A stretch of DNA of 57,463 bases, filler included, from Sphacelaria rigidula (taxonomy: Eukaryota): NCBI GenBank assembly GCA_964200075.2. It is 6 parts of 6 records of this genome, joined end to end, with 100 filler letters (N's around TTAATTAATTAA, not from the genome) between each part and the next. Parts side by side here need not be neighbours in the genome. Positions count along the whole stretch, not along the records: positions 1 to 9,495 come from CAXNAA020008357.1; positions 9,596 to 19,089 come from CAXNAA020008358.1; 4 more parts are not named here. The stretch is one strand, 5' to 3'. Position 1 is the first letter of the stretch, and the number at the start of each line of letters is the position of its first letter. A program made the position numbers and the translations under genes. The notes beneath the pieces were generated by a model, which made no database searches, was not told the DNA's origin, and worked only from the letters and a program-made list of their open reading frames with translations. Below, piece after piece: positions 1 through 10,158 of this stretch.

Positions 1-78
1 CCAGCTTTAACAGCAGTTATGATCATCGCCTCCGTGCACGTTTTCGGCCGGTTTTGGGGGGGGGCTATCTCGGCAGCA

Positions 79-124
79 GTCAAACGACTAAGGCAAGCAA
101 CAAATGAGTACGCCCCCCCCCCCC
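79..124 (+). repeat. 3' terminus of LINE family A, ending in poly(C)
   Basis: GTCAAACGACTAAGGCAAGCAACAAATGAGTACG followed by C12. Related ends at 9436-9495, 48175-48224 and 52636-52732. Confidence 0.7.
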
Positions 125-231
125 GTATCGATCGAAGGCACTTGCGGACGGTACTTCCCTCGTGTTTTTGTCGCATACTGGCTAGCCTCCTCAAACCTCA
201 TTTCATCGATCAACTTCATTTTATAGAATCC

Positions 232-1563
232 CCTGTTAATTGGTGCAAGACTTTGGGGGTGCCGCGTGTGTGGGTAAGTGATACTGCCACGTACTTCAAG
301 AATCGAGTGATCGCGCAACTGAGCGATACGCTCAAGGTGCAACACCAATTTGCTGTTGCGTATACCCCTTGGTTGAATTGTGCTTGTGAACGCATGGTGA
401 AATAGGTTATTCGTGCGTTGCGGTCCATTTTGTCGGAACAGAGACGGCCGGGGTCTGGATGAGTTGATGTTTTGCCAGCCGATCAGTGGGCGTTGAATAC
501 TTCTTTTCGTGAACGCTACCGTAACACTCCATTTTGTGTGATGTTTGGGTGTGCGCCGCGTACAGCGTTTTCCGCGCTGGCTTCTGTCACTAGCGGCGAG
601 TGGAGCGTCGATGTCATGGATGCTGATCCGTTGCGTGACGAAGTTCGAGGCGTGGTTGATGAGCAAGTGCGGTTTTGTAACGAGGTGCAAGCTGCTATCG
701 CGGTGTCTCGCGAAACCAAACGCAAGCTTGCTCAGGGCCAGGCTTTGTTGCCCAAGTTTGCGCTTGGCGATTTCGTCTTGTATGCCCGTGTTCGTAGGCA
801 AGGTGTGACGCCAAAGTTGATGTCCACGTGGACAGTTCCATGGCGAGTGGTCGGAGCCGATCACGCTCACGTGTATTCAGTGCAGAACATTGTTTCTGGC
901 GCCGTGCACTTGGCCCATGTCGCTCGTTTGCGTTTCTATGCTGACTCGTAGTTGAAAATCACTGCGGAACTACAAGACGTATTTCAGCATTCGTATGTTC
1001 AAGGTGAATGTCGGAAGAACGCTTTGGTGCACGTTGCTGAGGATGACAATGGCGATGTCATTGTTTTGGTCGATTGAGAAGGGTGCGGTGCTGAAGAGCG
1101 TACGTGGGAGTCTCTTCGCAAGATTCATTCTTCTGCGCCTGAATTCGTTTTGAAGGCACTGCGTAAAATGCGGTTGACTCGGGCGCTGACAAGTAAATTA
1201 GCGTCGGAGTATGGTATTCCTCTGTGATATGACGCATGCGATTTCGCCTTGGTTATTGTTGGTTGTCAAGCTCATTCGTTTGTCTTGAAATCGCTTTGGG
1301 GGTGCTGTAGCCGAATGATACCAAGCCGTAGGGTTCAGGATCATCGCACGCATGATTGGAGCAGTGGCAGGAGGCAGGGGATCCTGGATTGATGACCCTC
1401 ATCTGTGTGGCCCCTTGCTCTCTGGCTCGTGATGTGGTCTGTTGAGGATCACTCCGAGACAACAACAAGTGAGAAGAAAGGTCTTGTCGAGCACGAGGGC
1501 AGTGCTACTGGAGGAGTCCCTCGTTGATAGTCCTCCTGTCCAGATCGTCTGGCAGAGGCTATA
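232..1563 (+). mobile_element. Decayed Ty3/Gypsy chromovirus 3' portion (integrase core, GPY/F-like motif, chromodomain, PPT, 3' LTR)
   Basis: GVPRVWVSDTATYF...AYTPWLN..ERM integrase core; WTVPWRVV; IVLVD*EG..EERTWE chromodomain ending at stop 1227; several in-frame stops; GGGGGTGC then TG.. Confidence 0.9.
1306..1563 (+). repeat. 3' LTR of chromovirus 1 (258 bp)
   Basis: Starts TGTAGCC directly after the G-tract and ends GGCTATA (one mismatch to the inverted repeat). Shares internal motifs with LTR 9908-10158. Confidence 0.75.
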
Positions 1564-1870
1564 GTCCATTTAATCCAAGTGATTCAAGAAACTCCAGGTA
1601 CGGAGGTCACAGGTTCGAATCCCGACAGTTTTTTTCTTTCGTTCCATCGTTGGGGTAATACATTGTGCAACAGTATGCAGTACATTTTTTTCATTATCTT
1701 TCTTTATTCAGCAGCGGTGTCGTGCGACCCTAGGCTGGTCCACAGTTCGCAGCGAAATGCTCAAGTCGGGCTGCTTTGGTAAACTTGATAAGTTGTGGTT
1801 TGAAAAGCAATGCGGGATTTACTGCTGACCCAGCTCGCAGAGAACGAGTTTTGTCTGCGGTTTCGCCGCT
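1564..1870 (+). pseudogene. Fragment of an unidentified intron-containing coding repeat (copy 1)
   Basis: Exon end, GT intron 1598-1714, then RCRATLGWSTVRSEMLKSGCFGKLDKLWF, homologous to 10548-10640. Confidence 0.6.
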
Positions 1871-1935
1871 TCATGCGGTTCGCCCCCACACCGGTGTTTT
1901 TCAAAATCCCCACCAAAAATGATTCTCCCACCTCA

Positions 1936-2410
1936 TCAGCAGAAGTAGCTCGAAATCACCATCCTCACCGGGGACCTCCGGTCAAAAGCCTTCCCATCTT
2001 CTGTTGGCGGCATGTCCGCTGTTGGGAGTGCCTCCCAGGGGCCAAAGCACATGAACTTCAACGGTTTGGATGAGGGTGTGGTGTGATTCGGTACCTCCTC
2101 GCTAGCAGCATAGCTAGTAGGATGCTATGTCCGCTGCTGGAAGTGCCTCCCAGGGGCCAAAGCGCATGAATCTCCACGATTTATTTGGAAAAGGGTGTGG
2201 TGATTCAGTACCTCCTCGCTAGCATAGCACGGCCTGCGAGGAGGCACCGAATCACCACACCCTTTTCCAAAAAATCGTGGAGATTCATGCGCTTTGCCCC
2301 ATGGGAGGCACTCTCAGCAGCGGGCATGCCTCAACAGACGAAGATAGGATGGCTTTTGACCGGCGGTTCCAAATGAGGGTGGTAATTTCGAGCTACAGTT
2401 CTTCTGCTGA
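1936..2410. mobile_element. Foldback / palindromic MITE-like element
   Basis: 1936-2010 plus 2126-2220 is the reverse complement of 2237-2410. An extra ~110-bp tandem copy of the inner arm lies at ~2012-2110. Confidence 0.8.
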
Positions 2411-4384
2411 CCTTGCTGATATTCCCGGATATCCCAAGCTTTCTTATATTCCCGGACAGGGGGAATATATAATATGTCTTGTGAGCGATTCACGTGGCTC
2501 AAAGTATCCTCAACCCCAACGTACCCTGTCGGAAGCGATTCGCAGCGCCAGGTTTGAACCGGTGTCATGGTAACAACGAAAACACGCACGAGTCAACCGT
2601 ATTTTCGTCGTTGTGGCGTCAGGAACCACTGTGCTACACCCTGCAAAGTGTCGACAGAAAGCGGACAGTAGCATGATTTACTACAAAAAACTGCGCGACA
2701 GAGTTGTCCAGTAGGTTACTATTTCCGGGCATACCTAACTTCATTGTTTATCATCTTTTTGGAGAGCACCATCAATCACCAACGCCCGTGCTTCCATCGT
2801 TGCTCTGTTTTTCGGCCAATCGCGCGGGCGGCGTTTCTTTCAAGCTGTTCCATCGTTCCCATCACCCCCTCGTCTTTTCATACTTGTTTCTCGAGTTTGT
2901 GCGCACGGTACTCTCTCGCCCGATGCCCGATCTCGCCTTATCATCTGGTGATAGTGGCGTTCAACCAGACTCGATCCGCGACATATTATAGCGTTTCTGG
3001 GGTGATGATCAACTGCTCGTATCTCCTATCGACGCACGGCGTTCTTTTTTTCCCCCTTCCAATCCTTGTAGGGGGGACTGAGTCAAAGAGGCTCGGATTC
3101 TCCGGAAACTCCATACAGTAACTATTTTGGTGAACACCATACAATTAAACGCTATACTTGGATCAGGAGTTGCAGACTAAGGAATAGTCGAGATATTTAC
3201 ACTGGATATGATGCCCGCAAGCGTAGAGGGTGTGATCAGCTATAGCGTCACGTTCACCGCGTTGACGGTCAGCCCATGATACTATTCCGAAAAGAGGTCC
3301 TGTTGTTGGGAAGGAGTCGAGCAGCTCAAAATCACGACTTACTTTGTGGGGCTGGGATTGTGCTTAAATTCACGAACTTGCACGCATCACGTGCTGTAGA
3401 GCCTACGCGTCCAGCGAATCTTACCCACGATTTCAAGGGCCTTCGGGTGCCTTACGCTCATCACAGGAAGATTGTGCAGACAAGAAAAAATAGAATCCGG
3501 TGAGGGTACAGTACAGTACGTGACTTGCGGAGTTTTTCCTCGGGTGTCTGCGAAGAGGATCGACTTTTTGACGAAACGAAACCGTCAAATGCGCGCAGTC
3601 GACGAAAAGAAACTGACAGACGAGGTGCGGTCACGGTGTACTACGTAAATAGCGAGAGGGAGACATCAGTTTTGCTCAAAGTCAGTTGCACCTCTTCCAG
3701 CAAAGGAACAATGGGGCCTTTCCCCCACCGTCTCCCAGTACAGCCATCACAGGACAGGACTACTCTGGAAGAGATTATGCTAGCGAGAAAGATCATGCTG
3801 GATGACCCACACGAGTGCCCGGCAGCGGAGTCTTCGACGAAGCGAGGAGGCGTACTGGCGACTCCCCCTTGCCTGGCGAGCTGTGTTTCCCGCCTGCCAC
3901 CGGAGGCCTACACCAAAGCTGTGTCCAGTCGCTTGGGGAAACGGCCGCGAAGCAGGCTCCTACGGCGGGCAAAACCCAGTACTGACAACATCATTATTCC
4001 GAACAGAGATGGTTTCAGCCGCATCTCTCGCGATCAACATTATCAGCAACAGCTTCGGCCTCTGACCGGTGTGTCACCACCGTCAACGGCACCTCAGGAT
4101 ACTTTCAGCTTGATTGATTACTTTGCGGAAGGCACCTCACGTCCCGTGGTGAGGTTAATGACACCGTATGTCCTGATTGCTATCGCATACCGTCGTACAT
4201 GGCGTGGGATAACACCCGGGCGTGATGAGTTTTCCAAGTTCTCGAGGAGAAGGGTCCTGTGCTCGGCCCGCAATGTCATATTTATCGAAGATCTCCATGG
4301 GCTCTGTGTCCAACGACGCAACGCTCAGCAGTTTGCTGATGGATAACCACAGACGATACTGCGTTCAAGAACACGTCTGAAATA

Positions 4385-4620
4385 TGATTGATTGATTGAT
4401 TATCTCACATTAGCTGATTGCAACAATCCAGCCGTGGTCAGGAGCAGCAAAAATATAACAGAATAATAAAAAGAAAAAAATATATAAGCAGTATACAGTA
4501 TCACCCCAGGGGAGTTGTATCCATATCCCTACGGAATGCGGCATCTTTGGAGAGGGTCTATTTCCATCTCTCTAAGTCCATCACTACCATCACTACCACG
4601 AACGCAACCAAATGGGCCAT
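4385..4620 (-). repeat. Probable LINE/SINE 3' end with (AATC)n tail
   Basis: (GATT)4 at 4386-4401 on + next to a non-coding A-rich tract. Left boundary clear, right boundary approximate. Confidence 0.4.
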
Positions 4621-6461
4621 TCATTCTGAACGTCGGTCCTTCCCATGAAGGCTCAAATTGAAAAGCAACAACCCATTCGACGGCCAGGGTGGGTCGTTAT
4701 TCGTCTCCATGCGAATTTGCCAAGTGAAAAAAATGCTGATGCCGACCCACCCTCTCTGGGATCAAAGACACGGGGAATATACATAAAAAGGGTATATCCT
4801 GTGGTTTTGGGGAAGAAACAGGGTAGTGCACTTTTCGGTTCCGGGCGCGACGCGACACGCGGGCTAAGCACTTCGAAACACGTTCCAGCGCCTCCGTCCC
4901 ACGCCCAAGGCAGGTTGGTGCCTGGGCACCACGCCCAACCGTTTTCGCTTTTTTTGCACGTGACATTAAGGTCGACTACGGCGCGGAAAAGGAGAGCCTG
5001 TTGGAGTACCCTTTTTTGTCTACAAACTAGCAGGGTACGGTCGAATCATAGCTAAAAACTTACATCGTAGCCTTTCTCGCTCATCTGCGTACCCACCCGT
5101 TTATGCCCACGTACATACCTTTTTTGCTCGGTGATTACACTGCTGCGGGCTCCGCAAAATATATGCCCAACAGTCACAACCATACCCTCATTTTGCCAAG
5201 GTATACGTCGCCAAAAAGGCCAAAACCCAACGACCAAAAAAGTTTTAGCCCGCTGTTGCTTGCCCCGCGAACCCCGAAGATTCGACGATGCACGGAGGGC
5301 GCGAACGCTTGTGTGCGGGGAGATCACACAGATTCAAACATGTGTGAAAAGTCTTGCCGGCATAAATACGCCCGAACGTCATCATGTTTGTCACCATGTG
5401 GAAGATCAGAGCGTTAGGGGATCTACGATTTGTGGATCGAGACAAAACGATACCGAATTGAGGTCTATCAACGCACACTTGGCGTTCGGCACTCTTTGCA
5501 CTCTCCTTACCCGAGGGTGATCGCTATGCCTTGGGTTGCTGTTGTCAGCAGGTTGGACACCATGCGTACAGCGTGAACCGGGTTGCAAAACACATGTACG
5601 ACGGTATAGTCGAGTTTGCACTGTTAACGCGACGCAACACCACGTGAGATCACAACCCAGTTTTCTTTTCTGTACTCAAATCTTTGAAACCAATTCATAA
5701 CGTATCAGCACTTGGAGATGCTCTACGGAGCGGGTGGCGTGTGCCAGCGATCACCCGCGCATCTCCTTATTTGTCGGGGGTGAACCGAGGTGAATCATTT
5801 AACCCTCGTTCAATAATATCCAACAAGACATAAGCCCTAGGCATCTTTGTCGACGAAACGAACGGCATGAACGAGAAGACGAAACGTACCAGAGATGTAC
5901 GTCTCGTTGAGAATTGCTGAACGTGTATTCTACAGCCATGCGACCCCTTGCCAAGTGTCCCACACCATTTTCTTCGTTCACTTGGTAACATTTACAGTGA
6001 ACGTTCTTAACTTGCATCTCTCGGAATGGTCAAGCAAAGATTCACCGAATTACTCACGGTGAAGAGGGACCTAAAAATGAAGGGTTAAGCTTTGCGCTGG
6101 ATAGTGTTTGCGAAAAGCATATATCCATGTGCCGATTTCCTATTTCTCGTATATGGCTATCGGTGAGCAACTTGTCCCGATTCCCATTGTCCTGACGCCA
6201 ACGTTTCCTACAAAACAAGTTTTGACAAGAAAATATAAAAACTTCGCGAAATGTCAGATCTGTACAGTAGTGTCAGTTGGTGTGCCAGAAAGATATGACA
6301 TGCTTCTACATTTTCTCTGCTGCTGAAGCATCCATTTAGTAATACAATTTTGACAGTATGTCAACCGGAGGGAACAGTTTTTGCCCCGGCCTCTTTCCGC
6401 CCTCTCCCCCACATTCCGAACCCTCCCTTTTTTCCTTGAACGCCTGTTCTGTTATCGGAAG

Positions 6462-7639
6462 ACGTCGAGCTACAGCCCACCGCGTGGTGTTAGTCGGTCG
6501 TCAGCAGTGTCAGCAGCTACTGCGGGCTTGGACAGAGACCGGGACTATGTGCACATCCTCACGGAAAAATGTAACACCCTGGCTAGGCGATTGGAGGATG
6601 TCGAGGGGCAACTGCTCCACGAACGCGCCGACCGGAAGAAGGTGACGATCCCGTCTGATAAAAAAGGAGATGATGAGCCTAGCCGTAGCATTCTCACGGT
6701 ACGAAGGACGCTGGAGAAGCTGTAGCTGTTGTCCCCCATTATTTGCTTTCTGTAATATCCGTTTCCTACGACTTGTTATTCCCCAACAAGTGTCATGCCT
6801 AGAACCAACAACTCCCTTGTGAACAAGTGTATGTTCCCTTCTGCCTCAGAGTCGTGAGTTCATGGGTTATAGGGATTGGTTCGCCCCGGGTACGCACGGG
6901 GGTAGGAATCGAGCTCGTGTGCAACATTATCCGTGTGCTCCTTTCGGAGGGTACGATTCAAATACCCTTCCACGCCTCTTGATTTCCTAGCTGAAGAGGG
7001 TTTATCGCATCCCATGGTCGTATCGCAGTCTGGGCGACCCTCGACGTGCGCGACCCGATCATCTACGGCGGACTCAGCCTGCAAGAGCGACATCACAAGC
7101 AGGGAATACCCAGCATCCGACTGTGACTCGAGTGCCGCGGGCGTGGACAGGACGCAAGGGAACGTTCCCAATGACGTGAAAAATTGGTTTGTGGGCGAAC
7201 GTGTTCCCACAGCTACAATTCCGAGAATTTTTACACCGAATGGCGGCTGTCGCGAACAGAGTGTCCTCCTTGTACCGCAAGACGAAGCAACGCCCGTGGC
7301 AACCCTACTAGAAATAGACGGCGCGAAAACTTCTCCTGAAGTCAGGATCGGTCACACCTCTGCGAACGCAGCCCCGCGGGCACGAACTCCTGGCCATCAT
7401 GCGGCAGCTGGGTCTGTCGGTGGTGGTAGCGAGGGTATCCAAAATCCAGGCAGTAGGAAGGGCGAGCGACGGGTCCGCAGGAGGGACGACGAGGACACGA
7501 GGCATTGCGAGCTTGTCGAGCAGCAAATCGCGGGGCGTTTCGACGTGGTTACGGAGGGCATGGACAAGCTGAGCAATGTCTTCAGCGGCGCAGCCGAGAT
7601 TTTGGCCAACCGAGTCCGTGCTATTACTACAATAAGCAG
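6462..7639 (+). CDS. Hypothetical multi-exon protein (exons 6462-6641, 6850-6889, 6991-7639; possible further exons near 3711-3970 and 8476-8584), partly coiled-coil
   Basis: AG/GT boundaries with consistent phases (0, then 1) join open frames: ...LTEKCNTLARRLEDVEGQLLHERADRKK|SREFMGYRDWFAP|AEEGLSHP... No recognisable family. Confidence 0.5.
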
Positions 7640-7996
7640 GTGCATGGAGCACGCTCTGCTCGTGCAGTAGATATCTCCGCGACATGCAAACGTGTCTCGC
7701 GAATGTTTTCGCTTTGCGAAGTTGGCTGGAAATGATAAATGATCATCCTGTTTTTCGTACGAGGACGAGACGGCGCGATAGCCACATCGATGTAACCACG
7801 CGGAGAGTTAGTCTATTCGAACAAGGGATGCATCTAACATCAGCTACTCGGATGACGATCTTGTTTGCGGTCATACCGAAGCCATAAGGGTGGGGTTTTT
7901 GGGACGTGTAGCACCGAGAGCACAGCATCGTACGAATTTTTGATACCCACGAGCGGTCAATGATGTGGTTTGGGCGTGCGCAAAGACATGTAGTAG

Positions 7997-8251
7997 CGAC
8001 ATTTTCCACGATAGCCCCCCCCCCAAAAACCAGCCCAATACTGTCACGAAAAAAAATGGCCATACAGCGATTGATGTTTGGGTTCAGGCTACATGAAGCG
8101 CCTCATATGAACGACATTAGCGAGAACGAACCCAAGCGTGGGCGTTCCTAGCTGCTCGTTCTGATAGGCTTTTCTCATTTAGATTTACGTGTAGATTTTG
8201 CCTCCCCATACCAGTCACTTTGTTGGGGGAGGGCTATCGTGGAAAATATCT
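7997..8251. mobile_element. MITE family B (~255 bp), copy 1
   Basis: TIR CGACATTTTCCACGATAGCCC / GGGCTATCGTGGAAAATATC. Homologous copy at 40958-41209; a partial end near 50-70. Confidence 0.8.
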
Positions 8252-9495
8252 AGCTCGCCACTTGCTGGTTCGCATTTGGCTGATGAGTCAAGGACTGCAA
8301 TCCAACCCGATGGATGCTTGCGAGCTCGCAAACCTATGCATACAAGCTCGCCAACCCCGAACTGCGCGACAACAACAGTACGGGTGTCTATTGCCGGGTG
8401 CCTATGTTTAAAATTTTCCGCAACACAACAACCGACCGACAAACAAAAAGCAGCGCTATTCGGATGTTCCTACAGCGGAGACGTTACCTGCGGGCGATGG
8501 TGGTCCTCAAGGCCTGGCGCGTTGACCACAGCATGCCCGTCTTGCAGTGCCTTCGGACAGAGATTTTGCGCCAGAAGAAGATAGAGATGGGTCTGTCTGG
8601 AGTGAGTTCGTAAGACAAAAAGAGACGCACCCACCGACGCTGGCATCGTAGTTCGTTTTTCCTGAGTTGAAGTGATTAGTGGGCGGCGGGATGCAACCGG
8701 CCTGCTGAACCGTGAAGCAAATTGATTGTGCCACATATGTGTAGGTACGAGGCGATTACAGTGCGCAACCGCTAGTCAACAAGTCCATCTGTGAGGCTGT
8801 ACGACGAAGAAGTATGTGGCCAACCATGTCAGTTGGTTTGATTCCAGCGCTAGGCTAATATTCTTTTCGCGACATTTTGGATGTGCTTGACGGTCGTAAC
8901 ATGACGAAACACTGGCTTGCACTGTACAAGAAATCGACGGCGTTGAGACTTATTGTAGCTGTAAAACGTGAAAGTAGCCCCTTAATGACGCTCCATTTGT
9001 ACCGAACAGATCTGTTGCCACCGCCGCCTTATGTTCTTGCGGATCGAACGACCTTTCCCGATCTACTCTTCTCCACAAATCTTCTTGTTTTCTATCCGTA
9101 TCTTTGGACCTTGAATGGGTAGGTTTGCGAGGGGCTTGGGGCTCCGGAGATCACCGATGTGTCATGCCAAGATGGACCGTATATCTTATCTTTCGTCGAG
9201 AAAGAGAACATCTGAACATTGAACTAGTGAGTTCTCACTGGTTCAAAGGTCAAATGCCCCCTTCTTAAATCATCGCTCCCTCTTGATACGTAAAGTGAAT
9301 TCTTGGTACCTGCACTCATGCCGAAGCGTTGCTGAGCTCTACATACGCTGCAACGTTTCCACAATCAGGTTGGATGAAATCTACACAGAGCTCCCCTTCC
9401 CCCCCTCCCCCGTCACGCCGACCCTCCCCATTTGGGAGTAGGAACGGTGCTCCGTCTCGAAAGGGATGCGTGGTCAATGGTCAAACGACTAAGGC

Positions 9496-9595
9496 NNNNN
9501 NNNNNNNNNNNNNNNNNNNNNNNNNNNNNNNNNNNNNNNTTAATTAATTAANNNNNNNNNNNNNNNNNNNNNNNNNNNNNNNNNNNNNNNNNNNN
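9496..9595. other. Artificial spacer N44-TTAATTAATTAA-N44 (also 19090-19189, 28684-28783, 38278-38377, 47871-47970)
   Basis: Identical 100-nt structure with a six-frame stop core, recurring every 9593-9594 nt. Confidence 0.97.
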
Positions 9596-10158
9596 CCTTT
9601 AACCAGGGGTAATTTCTGATGGCTGGGATTGTTCGCGTGGCAGAGGCAGAGGATCGGTCGTTGATCGTATTGGTCGACTGGGTAGGTTTTGAAGTCGAGG
9701 AGCGTACGTGGGAGCCTTTTAAAAATATTTTTGAGGCAGCTCCGGAATTTCTCAAGGAGTTACGTAAGGTGCGAGTGACTCGTTCCACTGCTGCTCGCAT
9801 TACGCGTGAGTTTGGGATTCAGTTGTGACTTACTCAATCGGTTTGGCGTTGGTTTTTTGAGTGCCAAGCTTGTTGCTCGATTCTCGTCCAACGCGCGTTG
9901 GGGGTGCTGTGGCGAAATCACGCCGTCACGGTTGAGCATATAGTGGATCCTGGATGGTGACCAGGGGACAAGGGCATCCTGTGGATGATGACCCTTGCTG
10001 TGTAGCCCAGGTTTGTGGCACGGGGATGCAGATGTTTACTCCGAAATAATGATAAGGTGTTGTAAAGGCTGACAACTGAGACGTTGAGGCCAGTGGAGCT
10101 GGGGAGTTCCTCAACAGCATTTAGACGCTGCAGTACTAGCAAACCTGCTAGCGTCACA
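9596..10158 (+). mobile_element. Chromovirus 2 3' end: chromodomain (to 9828), PPT and 3' LTR 9908-10158
   Basis: LIVLVDWVGFEVEERTWEP chromodomain; GGGGGTGC; LTR TGTGGCG...CGTCACA (251 bp). Related to, but diverged from, the element at 232-1563. Confidence 0.88.

Noticed and set aside
1598..1628. Functional tRNA gene
   Set aside because: Only the T-arm region is recognisable; no acceptor stem, D-arm or anticodon arm.
3525..4346. 273-aa ORF as a stand-alone gene
   Set aside because: Non-ATG start and no recognisable domain; at most partly an exon of the hypothetical gene downstream.
9540..9551. TTAATTAATTAA as a biological periodic motif
   Set aside because: Always centred in N-runs with fixed spacing, so it is a synthetic linker.
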